From NCBI GenBank assembly GCA_036881865.1, contig JBAJNM010000004.1, positions 3,736 through 67,735 of the forward strand: a stretch of DNA of 64,000 nt, given 5' to 3'. Numbering within the stretch: the stretch's first letter is position 1; each line of letters begins with the position of its first letter. Of this stretch, positions 32,628 to 45,076 are shown in pieces. The position numbers and the translations under genes are program-made. Below the pieces are notes generated by a model. The model was not told where the DNA came from. It made no database searches and saw only the letters and a list, made by a program, of their open reading frames with translations. The stretch is from Parvularculales bacterium (GTDB lineage: Bacteria > Pseudomonadota > Alphaproteobacteria > JAPOUT01 > JBAJNM01).

Positions 32628-32651
32628 ATATTATGCACCCCTCATCTCAGC

Positions 32652-34292
32652 TTATTCTGCCGCCTTAGCGGAGGGAAGTTGATGGTCCTTAAATTGCTCA
32701 CGCAAGGCCGTCTTTTGTATCTTGCCTGTCGCCGTATGAGGGATTTCATTTACAAAAACTACGTCATCTGGTATCCACCATTTGGCGATTTTACCCTCCA
32801 TGTAGCCGAGAATATCGTCCGACGAGACGTTAGAGCCCTCCTTGCGGACAACAATCAGCAAAGGCCGCTCATCCCATTTAGGATGTAAGATGCCAATAAC
32901 CGCCGCCTCAACCACATCAGGATGCCCCACGGCGAGGTTCTCCAACTCAATGGAGGAAATCCACTCACCACCAGACTTAATTACATCCTTAGAGCGGTCC
33001 GTAATCTGCATAAAGCCAAGTTCATCAATGGTTGCCACATCGCCAGTATCAAACCAGCCATCTTCATCTAGAATCTGACCACCCTCACCTTTTAGGTAGC
33101 TTCCAGAAATAGCCGGCCCACGCACCATAAGATGCCCAAAAGCCTTGCCATCCCAAGGCAGTTCCTTACCATCATCATCGGTGATTTTCATCTCCACCGT
33201 ATACATAGCGCGGCCCTGCTTTAATTTGACATCCATACACTCATCAAAAGATAGGTTTTCCATGCCCCGCTTGAAGCCCGCCATAGTACCAATGGGAGAC
33301 ATTTCCGTCATGCCCCACAAATGACGCACTTCCACTTCATAGTTACGCTCAAAAGCCTCCAACATAGAGCGGGGTATGGCTGATCCCCCAATCGCTACCC
33401 GACCAAGATGGGGCAATTTGAGATTATTGGCCTCCAGATGCTGCATCAACATCATCCATACCGTTGGCACAGCAGCGGTCATGGTGACTTGTTCTGTATC
33501 CAAGAGTTCATAAATGCTGGCACCATCCATATTGGCTCCTGGCATTACCAGTTTGGAGCCCCCAGCAGGAGCCGCAAACGCAATACTCCAAGCATTAGCA
33601 TGAAACATAGGCACCACAGGCATCACAGAATCCACGCTGCGCAGACCTATAGCATCTGCTGCATTGGCCGCCAGAGTATGAATGACATTAGAGCGATGAG
33701 AATACACAACCCCCTTGGGGTTACCTGTTGTTCCCGATGTATAGCAAATGCCACAGGCATCGTTTTCATCCCCCGTCACCCAGTCAAAATTGCCGTCTTC
33801 CGCCGCCAACAGATCTTCATAACACAGCACATTGGGGAGCGTTGTCTCCGGCATGTGTTCTTTATCTGTCATGATGATATAATGTTTGACAGCCGTCAGC
33901 CTGTCTTGAAATCCCTCAAAAATAGCCGTCAGATTGGCATCCAGAAAAATAACTTTGTCCTCAGCATGATTGATAATGTACACCAGCTGATCAGCAAACA
34001 ACCGCGGGTTCAGCGTATGACAGACAGCCCCCGCTCCCATAATGCCATACCAGACTTCCATGTGACGCCAGGTATTCCAAGCCATGGTGCCGAGAGCATC
34101 CCCTTTATTGATACCAAGCCTGACCAAGGCCTGCGATACCTTCCGAGCACGCAGATGCATGTCGGCGTATGAGCAACGATGTATCGGCCCCTCCAGAGAA
34201 CGAGTTACAATTTCTCCTGTGCCATGATGAAGATGTGCATGATCCAGAATAGTATGCACCCGTAATGGCCAATCCTGCATTAAGCTTTTCAT
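32652..34292 (-). CDS. Fatty-acid--CoA ligase (AMP-dependent synthetase/ligase)
   Basis: AMP-binding signature [12 protein letters not shown]. Confidence 0.8.
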   Translation of the reverse strand: MKSLMQDWPLRVHTILDHAHLHHGTGEIVTRSLEGPIHRCSYADMHLRARKVSQALVRLGINKGDALGTMAWNTWRHMEVWYGIMGAGAVCHTLNPRLFADQLVYIINHAEDKVIFLDANLTAIFEGFQDRLTAVKHYIIMTDKEHMPETTLPNVLCYEDLLAAEDGNFDWVTGDENDACGICYTSGTTGNPKGVVYSHRSNVIHTLAANAADAIGLRSVDSVMPVVPMFHANAWSIAFAAPAGGSKLVMPGANMDGASIYELLDTEQVTMTAAVPTVWMMLMQHLEANNLKLPHLGRVAIGGSAIPRSMLEAFERNYEVEVRHLWGMTEMSPIGTMAGFKRGMENLSFDECMDVKLKQGRAMYTVEMKITDDDGKELPWDGKAFGHLMVRGPAISGSYLKGEGGQILDEDGWFDTGDVATIDELGFMQITDRSKDVIKSGGEWISSIELENLAVGHPDVVEAAVIGILHPKWDERPLLIVVRKEGSNVSSDDILGYMEGKIAKWWIPDDVVFVNEIPHTATGKIQKTALREQFKDHQLPSAKAAE

Positions 34293-34695
34293 GATCTCTC
34301 TCCTGCTCTTCTTCTCCCGTGGTTACCCGCTTTTGGGTATCTCACCTGAAAAGGGCAACCCTCCCAATAGTGTATCGCCATTTACAATCTCCCGCAAATA
34401 TTCCCACAATGGGCCTTAGATTGCAGAAAGAACGGAGGACAACTTATGGGGTAGAGTGGTATTATTGGAGCGAAGCGACGCTAGCGCGGGCCGTTTGCGA
34501 CGGAACAGACGATATCTCGCAAACTGCTAGGGCATGGCTGGCCCGCCTCGAAGAGAAAAAAGACGCCCTAGAAGCTGTTATTGTCACTGTCCTGAGGAAG
34601 TTTGCCGCAAGGCTGATGAGGTTGATGCGATACCGCACAAAGGCATCGGTCAGGGTCCACACATTGTATAATGGATAACCCGTTATCTGTTGTAC

Positions 34696-35631
34696 CTATA
34701 CTTTCTCTAGACCAGAAATATGCTCCACCCCCAGAGGGTCTTGGTGTATCAACACCTCCGCTTTGGGATACGCTGCCATCACCCTCTCTTCAACTTCGTC
34801 CGATATCTGGTGCGCCTCCAAAATAGAAAGATCCGGCACCAACTCTATATGAAACTGAATAAATTGCCGTTGACCCGCACTCCGAGTGCGCAAATCATGC
34901 AAGCCTTTTACATCGCCATGGCCCAGCACAAGAGATTTAATCTGCGCTCGATCATCATCAGGCAGTTCGCGGTCCATGAGTTCATCCCACGATTGACTTA
35001 TAATGCGCCACGCCCCCCAGATGATAATAAACGCAATCACAAGACCAAAAAACGGGTCTACCAGCGTCAGACCGAACCAGACGGACAAGACGATAGAAAC
35101 AATCACCGCAATATTAACCATAAAGTCGCTCATATAGTGCAGATGATCAGCACCGATGGCCAACGAGCGGGTCAAACGGATGACATGGCGCTGATACAAC
35201 ACCAGCCCCAAAGTGGCTAAAGTTGACACCCCCATAACCCCAAGGGCCAACCCGGGATAGACAACAGGGTGAGGGTTAAGAAGACGCTCTGTTGCCTCAC
35301 CGATAATCCAGATGGCTGACAGAGCTACCAGCAAAGACTGACCCAACCCCGCCATGGCCTCTGCCTTGCCATGACCAAAACGATGCTCCTCATCAGCCGG
35401 TGTTAAGGCATGACGCACCGCTACCAAATTGACTACAGAGGCTGCCATATCCAACCCCGAATCCAGCAGAGAGGCCAAAATAGCGACAGAATCTGAAAAC
35501 CACCACGCCAGCGCCTTAAATGTAATCAAACAACAAGCCACCAAGATCGCTAACACCGTTGCGCGGCGCATCAAGATGGCAGCTTTTTCCGAACTAACAG
35601 AATTGGCAGGGCTGGCAGGATAAGACGTCAT
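34696..35631 (-). CDS. Cation diffusion facilitator family transporter
   Basis: The start is chosen at MTSYPASP, 7 nt after the pdxH stop. The longer ORF-track extension overlaps pdxH out of frame. The protein has six TMs and the HxxxD pattern. Confidence 0.7.
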   Translation of the reverse strand: MTSYPASPANSVSSEKAAILMRRATVLAILVACCLITFKALAWWFSDSVAILASLLDSGLDMAASVVNLVAVRHALTPADEEHRFGHGKAEAMAGLGQSLLVALSAIWIIGEATERLLNPHPVVYPGLALGVMGVSTLATLGLVLYQRHVIRLTRSLAIGADHLHYMSDFMVNIAVIVSIVLSVWFGLTLVDPFFGLVIAFIIIWGAWRIISQSWDELMDRELPDDDRAQIKSLVLGHGDVKGLHDLRTRSAGQRQFIQFHIELVPDLSILEAHQISDEVEERVMAAYPKAEVLIHQDPLGVEHISGLEKV

Positions 35632-35638
35632 GAGGATA

Positions 35639-36271
35639 TTATGGATAAAGCCGTGTTTTGTACCACGGCTGCTCAGCAGTGTCGCGGGTGAACAGTAGCC
35701 GATCATGAAGACGATGCCGCTTGCCGACCCAAAACTCAATAGAGGTGGGTACAAGCCTAAAACCGGACCAGTATGAGGGACGCGCAATATTACCCACCGC
35801 AAAGCGGGCAGTGTAAAGAGCAACCTGCTTTTCTAACTCCAGCGGCTTGGCAATAGGACGGGATTGAGGAGAAGCCCACGCCCCTATTCGGCTACCACGG
35901 GGACGAGTAGCAAAATACGCATCTGCCTCTCCATCACTCACCGACACCGTATGACCTCGCACCCGCACCTGTCGGCGCAAACTCTTCCAGTGAAAACACA
36001 ACGCCGCCCGTGGTATATGCCCCAACTGAACCCCCTTAGCGCTCTCTAGATTGGTATAAAAAACAAACCCTCCCTCACCTACCTCTTTCAAAAGCACCAT
36101 GCGAGCATCAGGCATGCCTGCTTCATCCACCGTTGCAAGGGTCATGGCTCCAGAGTCATTGAGCTCAGAAGCCTCCGCCTCCGACAGCCAAGACCGAAAC
36201 AAGGTAAAGGGATTATCCGCCTCTACCTTCTCGTCCGGTGGCGACGATATAGACGTTTTTTGCTCACTCAT
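35639..36271 (-). CDS. pdxH: Pyridoxamine 5'-phosphate oxidase
   Basis: 210 aa with C-terminal motif [17 protein letters not shown]. Confidence 0.85.
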   Translation of the reverse strand: MSEQKTSISSPPDEKVEADNPFTLFRSWLSEAEASELNDSGAMTLATVDEAGMPDARMVLLKEVGEGGFVFYTNLESAKGVQLGHIPRAALCFHWKSLRRQVRVRGHTVSVSDGEADAYFATRPRGSRIGAWASPQSRPIAKPLELEKQVALYTARFAVGNIARPSYWSGFRLVPTSIEFWVGKRHRLHDRLLFTRDTAEQPWYKTRLYP

Positions 36272-36540
36272 TTCTGCTTCTCATGATTGATGCGGCCGCT
36301 CTGTTCCTATATAATGCGTCCATCTTCACCCATACAAGCAAGGAGTGGACGATAATATTATTATGTACCTATGGTCAGATATGTGACAAGCAGCAAAAAC
36401 GGTAAATCTCTGGATAAAGAAGACAGACTCTATATACCCAGACCACCACTACCGGAGAAACACAAAGCGCCTATGGCACCACTTGCCATCAGCTGGGTGG
36501 AGAGTGGAAAATCATAAGTTAATACAGAAGGAAGTATCCT

Positions 36541-37353
36541 ATGAGCCGACAAAACGGCTTAATGACCGGAAAACGTGGACTAGTGATGGGCGTTGCTAAT
36601 AATCGCTCTATCGCTTGGGGCATTGCTAACGCTTGCGCTCAAGAAGGTGCCGAACTAGCCTTTACCTATCAAGGTGAACCACTAGGTAAGAGGGTGCGAC
36701 CTCTTGCAGAAAGCATGGGTACGAGCCTCGTGTTACCGTGTGATGTCACCGAGGATGATGCGTTGGATGCAACCTTTGAAACGCTCAAAAAGGAATGGGG
36801 CGAGATTGACTTCATTGTCCATGCCATAGCTTATGCGGGTAAAGATGAACTTGAGGGCCGCTATGTGGACACAACCCTGAATAGTTTTCTTACCAGCCTG
36901 CATATCTCTTGTTATTCATTCACGGCTGTGTGCCAACGTGCGCAATCGTTGATGTCTGAGGGAGGTTCCCTACTCACTTTATCTTACTATGGTGCCGAGA
37001 AAGTTATCCCCCACTACAACGTCATGGGCGTGGCCAAGGCAGCCCTAGAGGCCAGCATACGGTATCTGGCTACCGACTTAGGGCCTCAGGGCATCCGCGT
37101 TAATGGTATTTCTGCGGGCCCAATTAAAACACTAGCGGCGTCCGGTGTTCGCGATTTTCGCTACATCCTGAAATGGAACGAATATAACTCTCCCCTAAAA
37201 CGCACAGTCACCATAGAAGACGTAGGCAATGCTGGTGTTTATCTGTTAAGCGATTTAAGCCGTTCGGTCACAGGGGAAATTCACCATGTGGACTCCGGCT
37301 ATCATGTTGTCGGTATGAAAGCCGAAGACGCACCTGATATCTCCACCGTGTAA
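36541..37353 (+). CDS. fabI: Enoyl-[acyl-carrier-protein] reductase (NADH)
   Basis: 270 aa, SDR fold, with the FabI-like Y...K active site. Confidence 0.9.
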   Translation: MSRQNGLMTGKRGLVMGVANNRSIAWGIANACAQEGAELAFTYQGEPLGKRVRPLAESMGTSLVLPCDVTEDDALDATFETLKKEWGEIDFIVHAIAYAGKDELEGRYVDTTLNSFLTSLHISCYSFTAVCQRAQSLMSEGGSLLTLSYYGAEKVIPHYNVMGVAKAALEASIRYLATDLGPQGIRVNGISAGPIKTLAASGVRDFRYILKWNEYNSPLKRTVTIEDVGNAGVYLLSDLSRSVTGEIHHVDSGYHVVGMKAEDAPDISTV

Positions 37354-37449
37354 AAAACAACGATTCTGGCCAGTGGTTGCCCCATACTTCCTTGTGTTAA
37401 GGTATGTTAAGGTACGTTGCTCCAACTAACCTCACACTCCCTATTCATC

Positions 37450-38550
37450 ATGTCGCATAACAGTTTTGGGCATCTTTTTCGAGTTACCACATGGGGTGAA
37501 TCCCACGGGATCGCGCTCGGGTGTGTGGTGGATGGCGTACCTCCCCGTCTGCCTATTAGCGAGGATGATATTCAATTCTGGCTTGAGCGCCGTCGCCCAG
37601 GGCAATCTCGCCATACCAGCCAACGCCAAGAATCTGACAAGGTAGAAATCCTATCAGGGGTGTTTGCCGACGATAAAACCGGTGAAACTCTCACAACCGG
37701 CGCGCCCATCTCTCTTATTATTCGCAATGAAGACCCACGCTCAAAAGATTACAGCGAGATTGCCGATAAGTTTCGTCCCGGGCATGGCGATTACACATGG
37801 TTGAAAAAATATGGCATCCGTGATTATCGCGGTGGCGGACGTGCCTCGGCGCGAGAGACAGCCGCACGGGTAGCGGCGGGCGCCATTGCGCGCAAAATTA
37901 TCCCTGAGGTTGTTGTTCGCGCTGCACTGGTTGGTATCGGGCCCCACAGAATCAATCGCGATAATTGGGACTGGACCGAGATCGAGCGCAACCCATTTTG
38001 GTGTCCGGATGCTATCGCTGTACCGGATTGGGAAACTTTTCTAGATGAAACCCGAAAAGCCGGTTCGTCGTGTGGGGCCTTAATAGAAGTTGTAGCTTCC
38101 GGTGCACCAGTAGGATTAGGCGCTCCCCTTTACGGCAAACTGGATACGGACATTGCCGCGGCCCTGATGAGCATCAATGCGGTGAAAGGTGTTGAAATTG
38201 GCGATGGCTTTGCCGTAGCGAACCTTACCGGCACACAAAATGCCGATGAGATGCGCATGAGTGACGATGGCAAGCCGGTCTTTTTGTCCAACCACGCCGG
38301 AGGCATTTTGGGGGGTATTTCAACAGGTCAGGATATTGTAGCCCGTCTTGTAGTTAAACCCACGTCTTCTATTCTAACACCACGGCGTACCATTACCCGT
38401 AATGGCGAGGAAACCACCATCACCACTCGTGGCCGCCATGACCCGTGTGTTGGTATTCGTGCAGTACCAGTAGCAGAGGCTATGGTAGCCTGTGTTCTTG
38501 CCGATCATTTGTTGCGCCATCGCGGACAAATGGGGTCTGACGCGCTTTAA
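37450..38550 (+). CDS. aroC: Chorismate synthase
   Basis: The start is taken at [20 protein letters not shown], the typical AroC N-terminus. The ORF-track entry starts 33 nt earlier. Confidence 0.9.
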   Translation: MSHNSFGHLFRVTTWGESHGIALGCVVDGVPPRLPISEDDIQFWLERRRPGQSRHTSQRQESDKVEILSGVFADDKTGETLTTGAPISLIIRNEDPRSKDYSEIADKFRPGHGDYTWLKKYGIRDYRGGGRASARETAARVAAGAIARKIIPEVVVRAALVGIGPHRINRDNWDWTEIERNPFWCPDAIAVPDWETFLDETRKAGSSCGALIEVVASGAPVGLGAPLYGKLDTDIAAALMSINAVKGVEIGDGFAVANLTGTQNADEMRMSDDGKPVFLSNHAGGILGGISTGQDIVARLVVKPTSSILTPRRTITRNGEETTITTRGRHDPCVGIRAVPVAEAMVACVLADHLLRHRGQMGSDAL

Positions 38551-38562
38551 GTAATAGGCACC

Positions 38563-40479
38563 CTAGGCAATGGAAGGGAGTGTATCTGTGTTGCGACCCA
38601 GCACATCTAAGGCACACTGAACAACATCGGATGCTGTCAAACCTGCCTCCTCATACATACGTGCCGGGGTATCATGGTCAATAAACCTATCTGGCAAATA
38701 TAACGTCCGCACTTTGGCCGCACCACCATCCAAAATCCCTTGGGCTGCAAAAAACTGCAATACATGAGCTCCAAAGCCCCCCGACGCTGACTCTTCAATG
38801 GTAATCAGCGCTTCATGATGAAGCGCCAAACGCATCAGTAATTCTTCATCCAAAGGTTTGGCAAAACGGGCATCCGCCACCGTAGCACTCACCCCATGGG
38901 CTGCCAACATATCAGCTGCCATAAGCGCTTCTGCGCATCGTGCCCCATAGCTAACAATGGCCACTGACATACCCTCTCGCAAAATGCGGCCCTTGCCGAT
39001 CTCAAGCGGCTTTCCTCTCTCTGGCAACGCCACACCTGTGCCCACCCCACGGGGAAATCGAAAAGCGCACGGACCCTCATCAAATAAGCTGGCGGTAGCA
39101 ACCATGTGGCATAATTCTGCCTCATCGGCGGCAGCCATTAACACAAAGTTGGGCAAAGTGGACAAAAAAGCCACATCAAAAGACCCCGCATGGGTTGGAC
39201 CGTCAGCCCCCACAAGACCAGCCCGGTCAATTGCAAACCGTACCGATAATTTTTGTATGGCTACATCATGTACGATTTGGTCATAGGCTCGTTGCAAAAA
39301 CGTTGAATAAATCGCCGTAAAAGGTTTCAGCCCTTCTGTTGCCAGACCGGCTGCAAAGGTAACACCATGCTGCTCGGCAATACCAACATCAAAGCAACGT
39401 TCAGGAAAAACATCTGCAAAACGATCAAGCCCCGTGCCCGATGGCATAGCTGCCGTAATGGCTACAATTTTGTCATCACGGCGAGCCTCCTCAATCAAAC
39501 TATCCGCAAACACCTGCGTATAGTTTGGCGCTTTTGCAGCTGCTTTGTGTTGTGCGCCGGTAACAACATCAAAACGTGTAACGCCATGATATTTATCATC
39601 TGCGGCCTCGGCAGGAGGGTAACCCTTACCTTTTTTAGTGACAACATGAACCAAGATAGGGCCTTCTTTAGAGAGTTTGGCATTGCGCAAAACCGGCAAT
39701 AGATGATCTAGGTTATGACCATCCACCGGCCCTACATAATAGAAGCCCAACTCGCCGAACAATGTGCCGCCTGTAGCGAGACCTCTGGCATATTCCTCCA
39801 GACGGCGCATAGTCTCGCGCAAGCGATAAGGCAATTTGTCCACCCAGCGTCTAGCAAAACTTCTAAACCCCATATAAGGACGACCCGACAACAACCGCGC
39901 TAAATGAGCGCTCATAGCTCCCACAGGCGGTGCTATAGACATATCATTGTCGTTCAACACAACGACCAAGCGTGAGTCCATCGCACCAGCGTTGTTCATG
40001 GCCTCGTACGCCATGCCAGCACTCATGGCTCCGTCACCTATCACACAGATAATATTATTTTCCTCATGGTTTAAGTCTCGCGCCACCGCCATACCAAGGC
40101 CTGCCGATATGGACGTAGAAGAATGCGCCGCCCCGAAAGGATCGTAGATACTCTCCGCACGTTTGGTAAACCCTGAAAGTCCCCCACCCTGACGCAAACT
40201 GGTCATGGCTTCGCGCCGTCCGGTCAAAATTTTATGAGGGTAAGCCTGATGTCCGACATCCCACACAAGTCTATCTGTTGGTGTGTCAAACACATAATGA
40301 AGTGCGATCGTCAGTTCCACAACCCCTAAACCAGCCCCTAGATGACCGCCGGTTTGAGAAACAACGTCTATCAGTTCCTGACGTAGTTCATCGGCTAATT
40401 GCGGCAAATCACCTGCTGACACCTCACGCAAGTCAGCAGGCGAGGCAATTTTATCCAGAAGAGGTTTTTGAGTATACAT
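38563..40479 (-). CDS. dxs: 1-deoxy-D-xylulose-5-phosphate synthase
   Basis: 638 aa with the TPP-binding motif [18 protein letters not shown]. Confidence 0.9.
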   Translation of the reverse strand: MYTQKPLLDKIASPADLREVSAGDLPQLADELRQELIDVVSQTGGHLGAGLGVVELTIALHYVFDTPTDRLVWDVGHQAYPHKILTGRREAMTSLRQGGGLSGFTKRAESIYDPFGAAHSSTSISAGLGMAVARDLNHEENNIICVIGDGAMSAGMAYEAMNNAGAMDSRLVVVLNDNDMSIAPPVGAMSAHLARLLSGRPYMGFRSFARRWVDKLPYRLRETMRRLEEYARGLATGGTLFGELGFYYVGPVDGHNLDHLLPVLRNAKLSKEGPILVHVVTKKGKGYPPAEAADDKYHGVTRFDVVTGAQHKAAAKAPNYTQVFADSLIEEARRDDKIVAITAAMPSGTGLDRFADVFPERCFDVGIAEQHGVTFAAGLATEGLKPFTAIYSTFLQRAYDQIVHDVAIQKLSVRFAIDRAGLVGADGPTHAGSFDVAFLSTLPNFVLMAAADEAELCHMVATASLFDEGPCAFRFPRGVGTGVALPERGKPLEIGKGRILREGMSVAIVSYGARCAEALMAADMLAAHGVSATVADARFAKPLDEELLMRLALHHEALITIEESASGGFGAHVLQFFAAQGILDGGAAKVRTLYLPDRFIDHDTPARMYEEAGLTASDVVQCALDVLGRNTDTLPSIA

Positions 40480-40496
40480 AGATGAAGAGACTTGGT

Positions 40497-41327
40497 TTAT
40501 TGCTCACGCATTATAGCGAAACGGGCGGCGGCCTGCAAAATATCCGCCCGCGCACCAAAACATTCAAGATGCGTTACAGCCTCGCTCACCAACTCAACCG
40601 CCCGCTCAAAGGGCGTTGTGCCGTCAGCATCCAGCCTATCATCGGCAATCTGAAACGCCCGACCAACACAAAGGCCAAAATCTCTCATTCTGATGCGGTT
40701 TATCTCATCCGCTCCCCCCACAATCGCTCCCGCCTCACAGGCAAATCCCATAAGAGCACCGGTTTTCAAAGACCCTATACGAGAATCATTGACCCTCTCC
40801 GCACCACCACTTGTTATATCCAGCATCTGTCCACCCATCATGCCGTAACCTCCACAGGCTACCGCTAGACCAGATACCAAAGCGCACCGAACAGAGGCAT
40901 CATCATGGGTTGCCTCCTCACCTAAAACCTCAAATGCCAACGTAAGCAATCCATTACCTGCTAACAATGCTGCCGCTTTTCCGTATTGGCGGTGCACCGT
41001 GGGTTGCCCATGACGGACATCATCATTATCCATACAAGGCAAATCGTCATGGATAAGAGAGTAAGCGTGGACACATTCAACGGCAGCAGCTACCCGAAGA
41101 GCCCGCATGGGCGGCGCCCTAAACAAACGCGCCACACTCAAAGTCAAATGGGGTCTAAACCGCTTGCCCCCTCCAAGCACCCCATAGCGCATAGCCTCAA
41201 ACAATGTATTGAGAGCATCCGGCATATCAGCAGGATGAGGCAACAGGCTTCCAAGGGTTTGCTCAACCGCCGCTACATCTTCATATCGTTGACGAACAAA
41301 CGTCTCATCATCTTTCAAGGACATCAC
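40497..41327 (-). CDS. ispA: Farnesyl diphosphate synthase (geranyltranstransferase)
   Basis: First DDxxD motif [17 protein letters not shown] and second FQIADDRLD. Confidence 0.85.
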   Translation of the reverse strand: MMSLKDDETFVRQRYEDVAAVEQTLGSLLPHPADMPDALNTLFEAMRYGVLGGGKRFRPHLTLSVARLFRAPPMRALRVAAAVECVHAYSLIHDDLPCMDNDDVRHGQPTVHRQYGKAAALLAGNGLLTLAFEVLGEEATHDDASVRCALVSGLAVACGGYGMMGGQMLDITSGGAERVNDSRIGSLKTGALMGFACEAGAIVGGADEINRIRMRDFGLCVGRAFQIADDRLDADGTTPFERAVELVSEAVTHLECFGARADILQAAARFAIMREQ

Positions 41328-41593
41328 CCATCATCGTCAACCTCATCCAGTGCCTCTACCGATGGAGCACCAGATGAAGAGATCGTTATTTTTTCGACGC
41401 GACTGCGGGCGTTCGCCAACAATGTCTCGCAATGGGTCTTTAGCAATACGCCCCGCTCATAAGAGGTAATAGACTCCTCTAGCGCCACTTCTCCGCGTTC
41501 CATGCTATCTACAATATCCTCCAGCGCTTTGAGAGCATCTTCAAAACTCAAGGCGCGAATATCATCGGGAAGGGGGGGAGTCTTGCGGGGCAT
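41324..41593 (-). CDS. xseB: Exodeoxyribonuclease VII small subunit
   Basis: 89 aa. It overlaps the ispA start by 4 nt, consistent with a conserved xseB-ispA-dxs operon. Confidence 0.8.
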   Translation of the reverse strand: MPRKTPPLPDDIRALSFEDALKALEDIVDSMERGEVALEESITSYERGVLLKTHCETLLANARSRVEKITISSSGAPSVEALDEVDDDG

Positions 41594-41699
41594 ATCAATA
41601 TCCTTTAGTCCAGCACCGTTGCAGGATGACGTAGTAGCTCAGTCAGGATAAACTGGCACACACCTGACTTACGGGCAAGCGCAACCATAGTTCATTTTC

Positions 41700-42746
41700 A
41701 TGACTTCTCCCTCTATTCTGCCCCCTGATGCCACAAACCTTGAGCTATGTGCCCAAGAGCTCCTTGCAGGGCAGTTGGTGGTATTTCCTACGGAAACCGT
41801 CTACGGATTGGGAGCGGATGCCACCAATGCTGAGGCTATTACCCGTATTTATGAAACCAAAAATCGCCCACGTTTTAATCCTCTCATTATTCATGCCGCC
41901 AGCCTTGAGGAGGCCGCACAGATAGGCTGGATTGAGGGAGCGTCCCTAGAGATTGCAGAAGCCGTGTGGCCCGGCCCTCTTACGCTAGTGGTACCCCGCT
42001 TGTCATCATGTCCTATACCTCCCCTCGCGTGCGCCGGACTCGATAGCATCGCTCTGCGAGTTCCCTCTCACCCTATTGCTACTAACCTTATCAAAGCTAC
42101 GGGACGACCCCTAGCCGCACCTAGCGCCAACATATCTGGCAAAATTAGCCCCACCCGCGCCGTCCACGTCGCAACCAACCTTGCTAACGCTACAACTATC
42201 GCCGGTATTCTAGAAGGTGGCCCCTCATCCTTTGGCATTGAGTCCACCATTATCGGTTTTGCACCCGATGATACGCCTTATTTGCTGCGTTCCGGTGCTA
42301 TAGAGCAACAACAAATAGAAACCATCCTCGGGCGTTCTCTTGTCATTCCCCCTAACGAGCCAGACAAAGCTGCCCGACAAGCACCCGGACGACTGGTGCG
42401 TCACTACGCACCGGACACCCCCTTGCGTCTGAATGCCGATGCTCTTGGCAAGGACGATGTCTTGCTGGCGTTTGGCCCTCATCCTTTATCTGAGGACGTA
42501 CCTTATCTTAACCTCAGCCCATCAGGAGACGTGCGGGAGGCCGCTATGCATCTATTCGACTATCTACATACATTAGATGTCATCGTAAAAGATAGGAGAG
42601 TTGGAGATAGAAGGGGAGAGGCCAAAATCGAACAGGATAAATCCGCAGCCTCTCCTGTCATTGTCGTTATGCCTATTCCTCACCACGGGTTAGGCGAAGC
42701 CATCAACGATCGACTTATGCGAGCGGCTACCCCTTATCAGGACTAA
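41700..42746 (+). CDS. L-threonylcarbamoyladenylate synthase (Sua5/YrdC family, type 2 with a Sua5 C-terminal domain)
   Basis: YrdC-like N-terminal domain (VVFPTETVYGLGADA) plus a long C-terminal domain. Confidence 0.8.
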   Translation: MTSPSILPPDATNLELCAQELLAGQLVVFPTETVYGLGADATNAEAITRIYETKNRPRFNPLIIHAASLEEAAQIGWIEGASLEIAEAVWPGPLTLVVPRLSSCPIPPLACAGLDSIALRVPSHPIATNLIKATGRPLAAPSANISGKISPTRAVHVATNLANATTIAGILEGGPSSFGIESTIIGFAPDDTPYLLRSGAIEQQQIETILGRSLVIPPNEPDKAARQAPGRLVRHYAPDTPLRLNADALGKDDVLLAFGPHPLSEDVPYLNLSPSGDVREAAMHLFDYLHTLDVIVKDRRVGDRRGEAKIEQDKSAASPVIVVMPIPHHGLGEAINDRLMRAATPYQD

Positions 42747-43590
42747 TAATTAACGTGGGAATCCCTTCAGGGGCATCACGCACCGTACAGACCTGAGTGC
42801 CAGACTTGCGTCCAGCGCGCACAGGAGACATATCAAACCCCGCCGTACTCAACCGCGCCTGTGCGGCGGCACAATCCCTAACCTGCCACGCCAAGCCCCA
42901 CAATGTATCATGCACCTTGTTGTCATCCCGCTTACCAATAACTTCCACCGTTGTGCCCCCAACCAGAAAAAATAACATCATGCCACCCCACTTAGGTTCA
43001 TCCCGTGCAAGAGCTAACCGCAACCCCAACCCCTCGGGCCCAAAAAATTCTCGAGCCCTCTCTGAAAACCCCGTCTGCACAACAACATGGTCAAGAGCAT
43101 GAACGGGCGAACCCGCCGCACCCATCAACGCATCCGGTGCATCTGGCAAACCATCAGGGGTATCGTGCTGAATTAAAAACATAAAAATCCCGTTGGCACT
43201 CTCACTGTCAATCATGGCATTGCGCCAACGCCGAACCGCTCCAGTTGCCTCATCACGGCCTTCACCCTCTTGGGGGTCTGCTATCACAATGCCCCGTTCC
43301 CGCAAATCTCTGACAGCACTCTCAATATTCTCCGTCCCGAACGCCAATCCTGTAAGCCCAGGCGTCCACTCACCACGGTGTAACAAAACGCTGTCTTCTC
43401 CCACAGGGGCCAGCAGTTCCAAATACGTATTCCCCAACCGAAACAGGCTGTTTACCGTACCGTACGCCTCATGGCCTCCCCGCCATGAGGCCCTATACCC
43501 CAACAGCCTCTCCCAAGAGAGAGTTGCCGCCTCAAGGTCATGAACGGCTACGATAATATGGTCAAGCGTGCTAATCATAGGAGCCTCCAA
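42727..43590 (-). CDS. VOC (glyoxalase/bleomycin resistance/dioxygenase) family protein, two-domain
   Basis: 287 aa with tandem VOC-like halves (LDHIIVAVHDLEAA... and LDHVVVQTGF...). Confidence 0.6.
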   Translation of the reverse strand: MEAPMISTLDHIIVAVHDLEAATLSWERLLGYRASWRGGHEAYGTVNSLFRLGNTYLELLAPVGEDSVLLHRGEWTPGLTGLAFGTENIESAVRDLRERGIVIADPQEGEGRDEATGAVRRWRNAMIDSESANGIFMFLIQHDTPDGLPDAPDALMGAAGSPVHALDHVVVQTGFSERAREFFGPEGLGLRLALARDEPKWGGMMLFFLVGGTTVEVIGKRDDNKVHDTLWGLAWQVRDCAAAQARLSTAGFDMSPVRAGRKSGTQVCTVRDAPEGIPTLIISPDKG

Positions 43591-43612
43591 CGCCCCCCAT
43601 CATAAAGATGCC

Positions 43613-45076
43613 ATGACCCAGCGCCAACTTAAAACACCCGATACCCCCAACAAGCAAGCGGTGCTTTCTGAATTTCAATCTATTGTGGGGGAATCTCATG
43701 TGCTGACAGGTCAGAAAGCCATGACTCCCTATCTCGAGGAGTGGCGTGGCGTCTGGCATGGAGCAGCACTGGCGGTGGTGCGTCCAGCCTCCACCCAACA
43801 GGTGGCTGATGTTGTAGCATGTGCAGTCGCTAATTCAATCAAAATTATACCCCAAGGGGGCAATACGGGTCTGGTGGGAGGGCAGATTGCTTTTGACGAG
43901 GAACGAGAGATTATTGTCTCTCTTACCCGGATGAACAACATTCTCAACCTTGATGCGGCCAACAACACCATCACCGTTGAAGCAGGGTGTGTGTTGCACA
44001 ATGTTCAAGAGGCCGCCACTCAAGGAGGGCGTTTGTTTCCTCTCTCTCTCTCTTCTGAAGGCACGGCTCAGATAGGGGGGTTGCTATCCACCAATGCAGG
44101 AGGGACAGCCGTCTTGCGTTATGGCTCCATGCGCGCCCTTGTTCTGGGCCTTGAGGTGGTGCTGGCGGATGGACATATATGGAACGGCCTGACCCATCTA
44201 TACAAAGACAACACAGGCTACGACCTCAAACAACTCTTTCTGGGAGCTGAAGGCACGCTGGGCATTATCACGGCAGCGGTCTTGAGGCTTTACCCCCAAC
44301 CCCGTGCCATGGTGACGGCCTTTGCAGCCTTACCTTCTGTCAGTGCCGCTTTAGATTTTTTTACTCTGGGATTAGAAAAAAGCGGTGGTCTTGTGAGCGC
44401 CTTCGAACTCATCCCCCGCATCGGGCTTGAACTGACTTTGCGGCACCATCCTGAAAGTCGTGCGCCCTGCTCAACTCATACACCGTGGTATACACTTGTT
44501 GAGTTATCAAGTGGCATGGAGTCTGCCGCTTTACGCTCCGTCATGGTCTCTCTTTTAGAGAACGCTCTTGAACGTGGTATTATTGTCGATGCTGCCGTGG
44601 CCGACTCCCTTGCCCAAAGCGAGGCATTCTGGCGCTTGCGGGAGAACATGTCAGAGGCCCAAAAGCGGGAGGGGGCAAGCCTCAAGCATGATATTTCTGT
44701 CCCTCTATCCTATGTGCCTGATTTCATTGACACCACCACCAAAGCCGTTGTTGATTATTTGACTGGTGTGCGGCCTGTTCCGTTTGGTCACATGGGAGAT
44801 GGTAACATTCACTTTAACCTAAGCCAGCCAGAGAATATGCAAGCGGCAGACTTCCTTGCCATGGCCCCTGCTTTTCAGACTCTCGTTCATGATAGAGTTC
44901 ATGCTATGGGAGGCTCCATCAGCGCCGAGCATGGGATCGGTCTTATGAAGCGTGACGAAAATATTGCCCGCAAAAGTGACGTAGAACTAGATCTCATGGT
45001 GCGTCTTAAACGCGCTCTTGACCCTGATGGCATATTAAACCCGGGCAAAATCGTACCCTCCCAAGAGGAAACCTAA
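43613..45076 (+). CDS. FAD-linked oxidase (GlcD / D-lactate dehydrogenase-like)
   Basis: The start is taken at MTQRQLK. It has an FAD-binding PCMH domain (PQGGNTGLVGG) and a C-terminal FAD-oxidase domain. Confidence 0.75.
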   Translation: MTQRQLKTPDTPNKQAVLSEFQSIVGESHVLTGQKAMTPYLEEWRGVWHGAALAVVRPASTQQVADVVACAVANSIKIIPQGGNTGLVGGQIAFDEEREIIVSLTRMNNILNLDAANNTITVEAGCVLHNVQEAATQGGRLFPLSLSSEGTAQIGGLLSTNAGGTAVLRYGSMRALVLGLEVVLADGHIWNGLTHLYKDNTGYDLKQLFLGAEGTLGIITAAVLRLYPQPRAMVTAFAALPSVSAALDFFTLGLEKSGGLVSAFELIPRIGLELTLRHHPESRAPCSTHTPWYTLVELSSGMESAALRSVMVSLLENALERGIIVDAAVADSLAQSEAFWRLRENMSEAQKREGASLKHDISVPLSYVPDFIDTTTKAVVDYLTGVRPVPFGHMGDGNIHFNLSQPENMQAADFLAMAPAFQTLVHDRVHAMGGSISAEHGIGLMKRDENIARKSDVELDLMVRLKRALDPDGILNPGKIVPSQEET

